Shown here in pieces: positions 20,277 to 29,443 of a DNA stretch of 64,000 nucleotides. A model generated the notes under the pieces. The model searched no databases. It worked only from the letters and a program-made list of their open reading frames with translations, and was not told the DNA's origin. This DNA is from Candidatus Poribacteria bacterium (GTDB lineage Bacteria; Poribacteria; WGA-4E; PCPOR2b), in the NCBI GenBank assembly GCA_965116925.1, contig OZ220744.1, positions 6,379,757 through 6,443,756 of the forward strand, read 5' to 3'. The translations under genes and the position numbers were made by a program. How positions within the stretch are numbered: the stretch's first letter is position 1; the number at the start of each line of letters is the position of its first letter.

Positions 20277-21272
20277 TCCTCAAACCCGCTCAATCCAACG
20301 GGAGCATTCGTGGGGCACTGGTCATACCACCTGTTGGAGATTTCACTTAGTGGGGAAATTAAGCCATCGCAGGCACTGGTCAAGCCGCCGATGATTTTCA
20401 ATATCTGGCATCAATACACCAGCATCGAACCAATGTGCTCAATCCTTGGGGAAGCAGCGGAACTGGAAACCAGATCTAATGTCCTTACGGCAAACATTGC
20501 GGCAGGATACCCATACGCCGATGTCCATGAAATTGGTCCTGCTGCTGTCGTTGTGACCGACAACAATCCACAACTCGCCCAAACAGAAGCCGAGCGGTTA
20601 TCGAATATGTTGTGGAATGTGCGTGATCAACTGGACGTCAACCTGCCAGATGCAGCAGCAGTCGCACAAGCAATACAGAGCGAGTCATACCCTGTTATAT
20701 TGGTCGAGATGGGAGATAACATCGGGGGCGGCTCGCCGGGAGACAGTACATTCATTTTAAGTGAACTGGTGAGACAGAAAGTGGATGGGTTCGTCTGTAT
20801 CCTCTATGCACCACAAGAGGTGGAGGCGTGTATTCAGGCGGGGGTTCGCGGGAAGGTTGACCTGACTGTGGGTGGGAAATCGGATGACCTACACGGCTCA
20901 CCGGTCCCAATCCGTGGGCGTGTTCGTCTCATTCACGACGGCTACTACGAGGAGACAGAACCTCGCCACGGCGGTGGAAGATACCAAGATCAAGGTATCA
21001 CGGCAGTTGTCGAAATGGAAGGGAAGAGCCTGATTGTGCTAACGAGCAAACATCAAGTACCATTCAGTCTACATCAACTCTTCAGTTTGGGGATTGATCC
21101 ACGGCAAATGAAGTACATCGTTGTCAAAGCTGCTATCGCCTATCGTGCAGCCTATGAGCCTATCGCAGGAAAGATTATTGAAGTAGATCCCCCCGGACTG
21201 ACCGCGGTAAATCCGCTGCATTTTACGTATCAGAGTGTGCGGAGACCAATCTTTCCATTGGATTCAATGTAG
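20277..21272 (+). pseudogene. M81-family metallopeptidase (MlrC-like), 5'-truncated: only the C-terminal two-thirds is present, about 330 of an expected ~500 aa
   Basis: An MlrC C-terminal region is present. There is an in-frame stop at 20274, the DUF1485 N-terminal domain is missing, and the only possible start is a GTG. Confidence 0.5.
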
Positions 21273-21287
21273 CATCTAACTCGAATC

Positions 21288-21327
21288 CATCAAATACAGA
21301 TGGAAATTTATACGTACTCATGTTATA
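21288..21327. repeat. Second copy of the 40-bp direct repeat R, immediately left of the IS left end
   Basis: Identical to 18196-18235. Confidence 0.8.
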
Positions 21328-21328
21328 A

Positions 21329-22585
21329 TAGGGCAATCGCATGTGAGATTTTAGAATAGCGTAGATAAGACAGTAATTAAGTAGTCGGTGTCCCATGCGG
21401 CTTTCAATCGTTTGGTGGCAACCCCGACCTTGGCTGAGGGTTCCCCCTTGAGTAGGTTCAGTGCAATCCGTCGAAGTATGGCGAAGTTTTGACTGCCATT
21501 TTCTTTACGGATACGACACCTATCTTCATCAAAGGCAACATCTAATACCCAATGACATGAGTTTTCAATCGACCAATGGGTTTGAATAGCGTTAAGCAGT
21601 TGGTCAGCCTCGCCGGGCAACGACGAGAGATAGTATCGAGATTTCACCGTAGTCTGCCCATTATGTTCGCGCTGGGCAGTGACCTTCACCACTGAATTGA
21701 GATTGACAAAGGTTTCACTGCCTCTCAACGGTGCAATCAAAGCAGGGTCCGCAACACGGATAGCAGTTCGCGTCTCAATGCGCCCGTGGTTGCCATTGAT
21801 TGTCTGAGCGGTGTCGGTTTGCACATCGGGTAACTGATTATCGGCAATGCCATCAAACAGCAGTTTGACATCTTCATACAGTTGTCCTTGATTCGCTTTC
21901 AATGCTAACACATAATCCGCATCGGCATCGACAATCTGTTGAGCAATAGGCGGGTGACATCCCATCGCATCAATGGTCACAATACAGTCTGAGAGTGTCA
22001 ACAACTCCAGTAATGGTGGAATGGCTGGTATCTCATTGGAATGGGCAGCGACTTTCAGTTGACCCAGTGTCACCGATTGTGCTGATGCCCATGCACTGAC
22101 AAGGTGAATCGCACCATGGTCGGTCAAGCTATCATAAGAACGACGCAGGCGTTTACCATCAACAGCAACCACTTGACCATCTGTCACTTTGATAACCTGT
22201 TTTATCCAATTGATGAAACAATGCTCAAATGCAACGGAGTCAATTAAACCAAAGACTCTACTAAAGGTGTCGTGCGATGGAATACCGTTAGGTAATTTCA
22301 ATAAACCAGACAACCACTTAGATTTCGCATGACCAAATGATTCGACAGCCACCCAGCTATCAGCACCACAGATGACCCCACAGATAGCGATGACAACCAT
22401 ATCCAGCAATTTATGACGTATCCGATTCTTGTCTGTTCGGGGGTCAGGTAAGTCAGAAAAATGGGATTCGATTGAGCTTATCGGTTGATTCGGCATCTTA
22501 GCGACTCCTTGGCTTTGAGGATGCCTTATACATTACCTCAATTTACAACACTGTCAAATACTATTTTTTATATGCGATTGCCCTA
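21329..22585. mobile_element. ISAs1-family insertion sequence (1257 bp) with 17-bp imperfect terminal inverted repeats TAGGGCAATCGCAT(G/A)T(G/A)
   Basis: Left end TAGGGCAATCGCATGTGAG at 21329 and right end TATATGCGATTGCCCTA ending at 22585. It holds a single transposase ORF. Confidence 0.85.
21351..22496 (-). CDS. ISAs1-family (IS4-superfamily, H-repeat-associated-type) DDE transposase
   Basis: 381 aa with the N-terminal DLPDPRTDKNRIRHKLLDMVVIAICGVICGADSW typical of ISAs1 transposases, followed by a DDE core. Confidence 0.85.
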   Translation of the reverse strand: MPNQPISSIESHFSDLPDPRTDKNRIRHKLLDMVVIAICGVICGADSWVAVESFGHAKSKWLSGLLKLPNGIPSHDTFSRVFGLIDSVAFEHCFINWIKQVIKVTDGQVVAVDGKRLRRSYDSLTDHGAIHLVSAWASAQSVTLGQLKVAAHSNEIPAIPPLLELLTLSDCIVTIDAMGCHPPIAQQIVDADADYVLALKANQGQLYEDVKLLFDGIADNQLPDVQTDTAQTINGNHGRIETRTAIRVADPALIAPLRGSETFVNLNSVVKVTAQREHNGQTTVKSRYYLSSLPGEADQLLNAIQTHWSIENSCHWVLDVAFDEDRCRIRKENGSQNFAILRRIALNLLKGEPSAKVGVATKRLKAAWDTDYLITVLSTLF

Positions 22586-22781
22586 CCATAACGACATTGC
22601 ATCTCAACACACGTCAGAGTATAATACAAACTGCTGACAGTCATGCTATCCACTTGTCATTACCATACATTGCACCCCAGCATTTACACCCACGGTTGGT
22701 CGTAGACTCCTCCGATCTGATTGGAGTCCACCAAAATCGAGATCGGAACGGAGAGAGATTTCCCAATCCTGACCCTTTTTT

Positions 22782-22999
22782 CGTTGGCATAGCGTTGGCA
22801 TTGATTGGTGTTCCTTTGGTATAGCGTTGGCATAGCGTTGGCATTGATAGATGAGCAGATGAAGCGGCTAAAATCGGTTCGGAGCCATGCTACCGTTGGC
22901 TTCCCAGCATTTTCACCCTGTAGGTGAGGTTTACCCAACTCGCCCCCGATCCCCCAAACTTTTTTTTCTGTTGGCATAGCGTTGGCATTAATAGAAGGA
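22782..22999. repeat. Cluster of three irregularly spaced 23-mers, GTTGGCATAGCGTTGGCATTGAT (at 22782-, 22830- and 22971-). Two of them are preceded by a T6-8 run.
   Basis: Each repeat contains TGGCAT-N5-TGGCA, which resembles a sigma-54 -24/-12 element. The spacings are irregular (33 and 108 bp), so this is not a CRISPR array. Confidence 0.55.
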
Positions 23000-23139
23000 T
23001 CCTTATGCGTTCCTCTCATTTAGTTTTTCTGTCGATTGCACACTCTTCCGATTGAATCAGAGCCCTCGAAAATCGGGATTGAAATAGAGAGGATTTCCGA
23101 ATCCCGACACATCGCCCAGATAAGCAAAAAACCGAAAAC

Positions 23140-23346
23140 TATGGTAGATCTTAGAATGAATTAGACACGATGAACGGACCTTGATAGATCGAGGTTCACG
23201 GAGTGACGGCACACGGAGTGTGCCTACTACTATTAATGTCTATTTATGATGCATTTTAAAAATAAATGGATACTTTCGCTCTCCGGTAGGTGCGGTTTCC
23301 TAACCGCCCGGTTTGAAGTGTCTCATTAATTCTCAGATCCACTATA
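23140..23346. mobile_element. MITE-like family T element (207 bp) with terminal inverted repeats of about 28 bp, TATGGTAGATCTTAGAATGAATTAGACAC ... GTGTCTCATTAATTCTCAGATCCACTATA
   Basis: The ends are imperfect reverse complements of each other. The flanks are compatible with a TA dinucleotide duplication. It is related to 29033-29320 and to the half copy at 6232-6324. Confidence 0.6.
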
Positions 23347-23448
23347 AATGCCAATGAGTATAAGCAAGCTGGTGAACAACAGCGAATTAGGTATTGGGAT
23401 CTACGGAAGAGTCTGTGGCACTTCATTAATCACGACATTGTAATTGCT

Positions 23449-24981
23449 ATGAGTGAAAACATCAAAACTGATCAGGGACGGGTTTCGGATCCGTGTGTGA
23501 TGGTCATATTCGGTGCTTCAGGGGATTTGACGAAGCGCAAGTTAGTGCCAGCCCTGTACAACCTTGCCCAGAACGGACTGTTGAACGAAAACGCTGTGGT
23601 TGTCGGGTTTGCGCGCAGAGAAAATAGCCACGATAATTTTCGTGCCCAGATGACCGAAGCAATTAAAGCATTTGGCACAACTGCGTTTGATTCATCGCTC
23701 TGGGAACGGATGGAGAAACGGCTTTATTATCATCAGGGCGATTACGACAATGTAGACGATTATAAACGTCTTGCAGAATTGCTGAAGCAGTTGGATGGGG
23801 AATGGGGAACAAACCGCAACTATCTCTACTATTTCTCAACTCCCCCAAGTTCTTTCGGGGCAATTTCCGACAATTTGGGGAGAGCTGGACTCGCAAAACC
23901 CGAAAATAAAGCGATGTGGCGCCGGACTATCGTTGAGAAACCGTTTGGACATGACTTGGATTCTGCCAAACTTCTGAACCGCTGTTTGCTTGAGACTTTT
24001 GATGAAGAGCAGATTTACCGGATTGACCATTACTTGGGGAAGGAGACTGTACAGAATATCATCGTTTTTCGGTTCGCTAACGGCATTTTTGAACCGACGT
24101 GGGACCGTCGCTATATTGATCATGTGCAGATCATGGTTGCTGAAAGCATTGGCATTGAAGGGCGTGGTGCATATTACGAAGAATCAGGGGTGCTGCGCGA
24201 CATGATTCAAAACCACATGTTCCAGTTGTTGTCGTTGGTGGCGATGGAGCCTCCAATCTCCTTTGAGGCGGATGCGGTACGAGATGAGAAGGTGAAGGTG
24301 TTGAATGCGATTCGTCCGATGCGTCCCGAAGATATTATCTCCAATACGGTGCGCGGACAGTATAGTGACGGGATAGTAGATGGCGAACGGGTAATTGGAT
24401 ACCGCGAAGAACCGGGGGTTTCGCCTACTTCAGAACGGGAGACTTATGCTGCGCTGAAACTCTTTATAGAAAACTGGCGATGGGCGGGTGTACCGTTTTT
24501 CTTACGGTCTGGAAAGAGATTAGCCAAGCGCGACACACAAATAGTAATTCAATTTCGGAGTGTTCCCCACCTTCTCTTTCGCGGTAGTGCAGAAGAGCAG
24601 TTAGAGGCAAATCGACTGGTCCTCCATATCCAACCTGACGAGCGCATCACCATCCGATTCCAAGCGAAGATTCCGGGCCCGACGGTCCGTCTGACCCCCG
24701 TTGATATGGATTTTCGGTACGAAGATTTGGCAGGGAGCAGCCCCGCAACTGGGTATGAGACGTTGCTATACGACTGTATGAACGGCGATTCTACGCAATT
24801 CCATCGTGCGGATATGGTCGAGGCAGCGTGGGAGATTGCAACTCCTATCTTGGATGTTTGGGAAGCCTTGCCTCCTCGTGATTTTCCGAACTACGAGGCT
24901 GGAACGTGGGGACCGAGTCCTGCGAATGATCTTATTGGAAAAGATGAACATGGACGCCGGTGGCTGAATCCCGATGTGTGA
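23449..24981 (+). CDS. zwf: glucose-6-phosphate 1-dehydrogenase
   Basis: NADP-binding GASGDLTKRKL, the active-site RIDHYLGKE motif, 510 aa. Confidence 0.95.
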   Translation: MSENIKTDQGRVSDPCVMVIFGASGDLTKRKLVPALYNLAQNGLLNENAVVVGFARRENSHDNFRAQMTEAIKAFGTTAFDSSLWERMEKRLYYHQGDYDNVDDYKRLAELLKQLDGEWGTNRNYLYYFSTPPSSFGAISDNLGRAGLAKPENKAMWRRTIVEKPFGHDLDSAKLLNRCLLETFDEEQIYRIDHYLGKETVQNIIVFRFANGIFEPTWDRRYIDHVQIMVAESIGIEGRGAYYEESGVLRDMIQNHMFQLLSLVAMEPPISFEADAVRDEKVKVLNAIRPMRPEDIISNTVRGQYSDGIVDGERVIGYREEPGVSPTSERETYAALKLFIENWRWAGVPFFLRSGKRLAKRDTQIVIQFRSVPHLLFRGSAEEQLEANRLVLHIQPDERITIRFQAKIPGPTVRLTPVDMDFRYEDLAGSSPATGYETLLYDCMNGDSTQFHRADMVEAAWEIATPILDVWEALPPRDFPNYEAGTWGPSPANDLIGKDEHGRRWLNPDV

Positions 24982-25045
24982 TAGCATCTGACGTGGGCTA
25001 TTCTTTCACGGATTTTTGGTAAACTCAAAAGGAGACCTGAGAAAA

Positions 25046-25741
25046 ATGGCTGATCAGAAAACTTTGACAGTTGATATAGGTGGCAGCGGTATCAAGACGA
25101 TGGTTCTTGATGCAAACGGAAATCCGATAGGGAAGCGGACGCGCGTCCCAACACCGCGCCCTGCCAGACCAGACTCTGTCCTCGAAGGAATCGTTAAGTT
25201 AGCCAAGGGACAGTCAGACTTTGATCGTGTATCGGTTGGTTTTCCCGGTGTAATACGTAAAGGCGTAACCGAAACAGCGGTGAACCTCCACAAAGATTGG
25301 ATTGGGTTCGACTTGGAAGGGGTGTTATCCAAAAAACTGGAGAAACCTGTGCGTGTCTTGAACGATGCTGATGTTCAGGGGTTCGGTGCAATTTCCGGCA
25401 AGGGTGTGGAACTGGTTGTTACATTAGGGACCGGCTTTGGATCTGCTCTATTTCTTGACGGGAAACTGGTTCCCAACCTTGAGGTTGCACACCATCCATT
25501 TCGTAGAGGTAGGACCTATGAGGAGCGTTTAGGGAGTGCTGCATTGGAAAAAACTGGCAGGAAAAAGTGGCAACAGCGTGTGATGGAAGCGATTGCCTCT
25601 CTCGAACACCTATTTAATTACGATACACTTTACATCGGAGGTGGCAATGCTCGGAGGCTTAGGGTTGACCTTCCTCCCAATGTTAAAATCATTCCCAATG
25701 TCGCCGGTTTATTGGGCGGTATCGCTTTGTGGCAGGACTAG
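25046..25741 (+). CDS. ROK-family glucokinase (polyphosphate/ATP glucokinase-like). The start is taken at MADQKTL, which has the RBS AAAGGAGA.
   Basis: LTVDIGGSGIK N-terminal ATPase motif and a ROK-like central region. Confidence 0.65.
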   Translation: MADQKTLTVDIGGSGIKTMVLDANGNPIGKRTRVPTPRPARPDSVLEGIVKLAKGQSDFDRVSVGFPGVIRKGVTETAVNLHKDWIGFDLEGVLSKKLEKPVRVLNDADVQGFGAISGKGVELVVTLGTGFGSALFLDGKLVPNLEVAHHPFRRGRTYEERLGSAALEKTGRKKWQQRVMEAIASLEHLFNYDTLYIGGGNARRLRVDLPPNVKIIPNVAGLLGGIALWQD

Positions 25742-27084
25742 ATGTCCCCACTTACCGGAGAAAGAAGGTCTATTGCGTGAAATATCCAAATATTCTATAC
25801 CTCCATTCCCACGACACAGGACGCTACGTCCAACCTTACGGTCACGCTGTGGCGACACCGAATATCCAACGCCTTGCTGAGGGAGGTGTCCTTTTTCGGC
25901 AGGCATTTTGTGCCAATCCCACATGCTCGCCTTCCCGTGCTAGCCTCTTGACCGGCAAGTGGGCACATAGTTGTGGGATGCTTGGCTTGGTCAACCGCGG
26001 CTTTTCGATGTCGGACTATAGCCAGCATATTGTTCACACCCTTCGAGATGGGGCGGGCTATCATTCGGTATTAGCGGGTCTCCAGCATGTTGCTCAGGAC
26101 CCCGCCCAGATTGGCTACGATCGGATCCTAGATGGCGAGCGCAGTCCCGAAAAGGTTGTCTCGCGCACGGTTGATTTCCTGAAGGATGCTCCATCACAAC
26201 CGTTCTTCCTTGATGTTGGTTTTTTCGTGACACATCGGGAGTTTCCAGAACCCGGACCGGACGAGGATCCACGCTACTGTCTGCCACCCGCCCCCATGCC
26301 CGATACGTCTGAAAATCGCTACGATATGGCGGCTTACAAGGCGAGTGCTCGTATTCTGGATAACAGTATTGGAGCGGTCTTGGATGCACTTGATGAAAAC
26401 GGGTTAGCCGAGAATACGCTGGTCATCTGCACCACCGACCACGGACTCGCTTTTCCGGGCATGAAATGCAATCTAACTGATCACGGCATCGGTGTGATGC
26501 TGATAATGCGTGGGCCCGGTGGCTTTACCGGCGGAAAAGTTTGCGATGCAATGGTTTCCCACATTGACGTTCTTCCTACGATCTGCGATCTGCTGGATCT
26601 TGCTGTACCGGAGGGGGTACAGGGCAGCTCGATGATGCCGTTAATCCGGGGTGAGGTGGAGGCTATTCACGATGAAATCTTTGCAGAGGTCAATTATCAC
26701 GCTGCCTACGAGCCTCAGCGCGCTGTGCGGGCACAACGGTGGAAGTATATCCGACGGTACAGCGACAGGCAGAAACCGGTGCTTCCCAACTGTGATGCAG
26801 GCCCAACCAAAGATGTGTGGATGCAACACGGTTGGCAGGATCGATATGTTGCCCCTGAGCAGTTGTATGATCTGATTTTCGATCCAAACGAAACGCACAA
26901 TTTGGTCGATGATTCAACTGTAGCATCTGTGCTTGAGGATATGCGCCATCGGCTTGATCGATGGATGGATGAGACGGCTGACCCGCTGTTGCACGGACCC
27001 GTTCCCCCAGATCCCGGTGCTCAGTTAAATGATCCAGCGAGTATATCGCCGCCGTATGCGCTATACACTGTCCCTTTCGATTAG
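25729..27084 (+). CDS. sulfatase (formylglycine-dependent, arylsulfatase family)
   Basis: CSPSRASLLTG (C-x-P-x-R) active-site signature and a C-terminal sulfatase domain. Confidence 0.85.
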   Translation: MAGLDVPTYRRKKVYCVKYPNILYLHSHDTGRYVQPYGHAVATPNIQRLAEGGVLFRQAFCANPTCSPSRASLLTGKWAHSCGMLGLVNRGFSMSDYSQHIVHTLRDGAGYHSVLAGLQHVAQDPAQIGYDRILDGERSPEKVVSRTVDFLKDAPSQPFFLDVGFFVTHREFPEPGPDEDPRYCLPPAPMPDTSENRYDMAAYKASARILDNSIGAVLDALDENGLAENTLVICTTDHGLAFPGMKCNLTDHGIGVMLIMRGPGGFTGGKVCDAMVSHIDVLPTICDLLDLAVPEGVQGSSMMPLIRGEVEAIHDEIFAEVNYHAAYEPQRAVRAQRWKYIRRYSDRQKPVLPNCDAGPTKDVWMQHGWQDRYVAPEQLYDLIFDPNETHNLVDDSTVASVLEDMRHRLDRWMDETADPLLHGPVPPDPGAQLNDPASISPPYALYTVPFD

Positions 27085-27214
27085 CTCCTCTTAAGACACC
27101 CATGAGGTGGTCGGTGTATACACAAAAGGTTCAACCGATCCCCTCTAGCGGAACGACGTGTTTATACAATGTTGAGGGGGCAATTTGGGGGCTTGATAAT
27201 CCTGTGAGATCTAT

Positions 27215-27243
27215 TTGACAAACTTTGACAGATATGATATGAT
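27215..27243 (+). promoter_or_regulatory. Sigma-70-like promoter candidate TTGACA-N17-TATGAT upstream of the ferredoxin gene. A second TTGACA lies inside the spacer.
   Basis: Consensus -35 at 27215-27220 and -10 at 27238-27243, about 160 nt upstream of the ATG at 27404. Confidence 0.4.
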
Positions 27244-27403
27244 TAACTCACCTTATTGAACTGAAAACACCGGCGCTTTGATTATTCCCAACTTTATTGA
27301 AGTACCTGAATGATATACATCAGGTTGAGAGGATTCAATCGTCAATTTTCGATAATATAATTTTCAATAACTAATTTCCGAATGAAACAGGAGGATAAAA
27401 CCG

Positions 27404-27661
27404 ATGACCTACGTCATCACTGAACCTTGCATCGATGTTAAGGATACTGCCTGTGTTGATGTTTGCCCCGTTGACTGCATTCACCCAACTTCAGACTCAG
27501 ACGACTTTGAAAATCACAACCAGCTTTATATTGACCCTATAGAGTGCATTGACTGCGGTGTATGTGAGCCGGAATGTCCGGTCGAAGCGATTTTCATAGA
27601 TGAGGATGTCCCCGAAGAATGGGAGCACTTCACCCAGTTAAACGCTGACTATTTCCAATAA
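27404..27661 (+). CDS. fdxA: 7Fe-type ferredoxin ([3Fe-4S][4Fe-4S], FdxA-like)
   Basis: CxxxxxxCxxxCP and CIDCGVCEPECP cysteine clusters, RBS CAGGAGGA, 85 aa. Confidence 0.85.
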   Translation: MTYVITEPCIDVKDTACVDVCPVDCIHPTSDSDDFENHNQLYIDPIECIDCGVCEPECPVEAIFIDEDVPEEWEHFTQLNADYFQ

Positions 27662-27832
27662 TAAAGTGCTATAAAACCTTGAGATGCTGAAAATAGTGTA
27701 ATGGTCTGGGTGCTGGTTGACGCTATCAATCTTGCTGACTACAGTCCCATCCTTCAGGTTGGGGCTGTAGTCAGCCAACCCCTATTAAGTGAGTCAAAAA
27801 AGGTATCTCACTGGTTCAGACGGTGCAGTACG

Positions 27833-28936
27833 TCAAGAGTGTTTATTTAGTTGCACATGTCCAATGAACAACTCTTCGGGCAGGAAACTCGTTGTCTCAG
27901 TAGCGTGCCTATATTCAAAACCCTCGGTCGTGACGACCCCCATCGCAGTAAAGTACTTGGACTCGCCACTCGTTCCGCTCTTGTTTCCCCCGCTGTGACC
28001 CCGTAGCCAATTGGGATCAATGACCTGTTCCCCCTTCCAGATACCACCCGTTGCGTTCAGATGACCAAACCGAGCGAGGTCCGATGCACTGATGACGACC
28101 CAGCCGGGACCGCTGCGGACAGGGTGCCCGTTAATCTCATAGGGAGGGTCGAGATAGGTGTACGAATCTGGAATTGTGGGATACAAATATTTCTCGTTTT
28201 TGACATAGCCGCCGGTGAGCCAATCCCATCGCTCTGCAGGAATCCCTATCCGGTCAAAGAGTCTCTCCTGAATAATATTCTTCAGGTCATCCCCCAAGAC
28301 GTAGGTAAGTGCTTGGCTTAAGCGCCAGAACCCGGCACTACTATAGAGACCAACTGTGCCCGGCTCAGCATGGGAGTAGAGGTCATAGAAAGGGTCACCG
28401 CTCCACTTGGACCATTCGGGAACGCCCGGTATAAGGTTTGCTTCCTCAAGTCCTGTAACCTTCTCCCGCCAACGAATCCCTAACTCTATCGGAAATCCTC
28501 CGTAGTGAAGGGACTCGTGCTTTGATCCAATGAGATGTCTCCAAGTCAGGTGCTTATGATGCCCTTCGGTCAGATATTTGTGAGGGTGGGAGAGCTCGCC
28601 CTCGCCGGTCCACTGTTTGTTAATCGGCTCGTCCGGATTGATGCGTCCGTCTGCAACTGCGAAACCGAGAAGTGCCCACATAAAAGCCTTTCCGACAGAG
28701 GCGGTTTGATGCCGATAATGCGGATCTCCCCAAGCGTGGATTAAATAACCACCGCGGGTAATCACGGCACCGTATTTGTCGCCGGAGTGATCCTCTCCGC
28801 CGAAAGACGCCCCTTTGACCTCCATGCCCCCTATAAAGGCTCCGAATTTTTTAGAATCAAGCCCCGCCTCCTCTGCCGTAATCTCAACCCAATCATCTTC
28901 AGGAAATGTTACCCAATCGGGAAGTTCAATAGTCAT
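27833..28936 (-). CDS. beta-lactamase-related serine hydrolase family protein
   Basis: S-x-x-K motif (SVGK), YSSAG, and HSGG in the KTG-motif position. Confidence 0.55.
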   Translation of the reverse strand: MTIELPDWVTFPEDDWVEITAEEAGLDSKKFGAFIGGMEVKGASFGGEDHSGDKYGAVITRGGYLIHAWGDPHYRHQTASVGKAFMWALLGFAVADGRINPDEPINKQWTGEGELSHPHKYLTEGHHKHLTWRHLIGSKHESLHYGGFPIELGIRWREKVTGLEEANLIPGVPEWSKWSGDPFYDLYSHAEPGTVGLYSSAGFWRLSQALTYVLGDDLKNIIQERLFDRIGIPAERWDWLTGGYVKNEKYLYPTIPDSYTYLDPPYEINGHPVRSGPGWVVISASDLARFGHLNATGGIWKGEQVIDPNWLRGHSGGNKSGTSGESKYFTAMGVVTTEGFEYRHATETTSFLPEELFIGHVQLNKHS

Positions 28937-29032
28937 CCGATGCCTCCTCTCTCAATAACCTTTGGTCCGAGTTAGTGAGGGTTTGGTTCAAAAGTCCATT
29001 CATGAACCAATGAACTAATGCACTAAGGTATT

Positions 29033-29320
29033 TATAGTGGATCTTAGAATTAATGGGACACTTCAAACGGGTGCGGTTAGGAAAACGGAACTACCGTTCT
29101 CCCGTTTGGTAGGCACTGTTTCCAACTGTGCCTATTCGGTGCGGTTGAATGAAAATTAAAAAAACAGTTCGGTAATTTGCTAGCGACGCCGGCGCGGTTT
29201 CAAACCGCGCCTACCGTATGTTTCGAGGAAAATAGGGATTACCGATTTAAATACTTAAACTTCATCAAACCGCACCTACCGGTGGGTGAGAGTGTCTATT
29301 TATTTTTAGAATTCACTATA
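29033..29320. mobile_element. MITE-like family T element (288 bp), with terminal inverted repeats TATAGTGGATCTTAGAATTAATGGGACAC ... GTGTCTATTTATTTTTAGAATTCACTATA
   Basis: Inverted termini are homologous to 23140-23346. Internal palindrome GCGCGGTTTCAAACCGCGCC. Confidence 0.6.
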
Positions 29321-29443
29321 GTTATTCGCTTGACAGCAATTTTGTCTTAGTATATTCTTTTGGTGTTCACAACTCAATTAAAAAAGGAGAGAAGCGGTTG
29401 AGTACTTAAATCTGAATTTTGAGTCTCCCGCTGCACAATTTCT

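Larger units (their letters stand above)
17974..22585. mobile_element. Composite transposon-like unit bounded by the MITE's outer inverted repeat and the IS right inverted repeat, flanked by a 10-bp direct repeat CCATAACGAC (17964-17973 and 22586-22595). Its cargo is ino1, a frameshifted small gene and a 5'-truncated M81 peptidase gene.
   Basis: Identical 10-mers abut the two outward-facing IS ends. ISAs1-family elements make 8-10-bp target-site duplications. Confidence 0.6.

Noticed and set aside
22782-22999. Possible CRISPR array (repeated 23-mers)
   Set aside because: There are only three units, with irregular spacing (33 and 108 bp) and a partial extra unit. No cas genes are nearby. It fits a regulatory or MITE-fragment repeat better.
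22684-23019. 111-aa minus-strand ORF with a triple INANAMPT peptide (and the overlapping 22641-22844 ORF)
   Set aside because: The peptide repeats are simply translations of the 23-mer DNA repeats. No RBS and no conserved domain, so I consider it non-coding.
27734-27775. Long hairpin (GCTGACTACAGTCCC…GGGGCTGTAGTCAGC) between the convergent ferredoxin and hydrolase genes, considered as an intrinsic terminator
   Set aside because: No U-tract follows on either strand. It is recorded as a possible REP-like or RNA-stability hairpin only.
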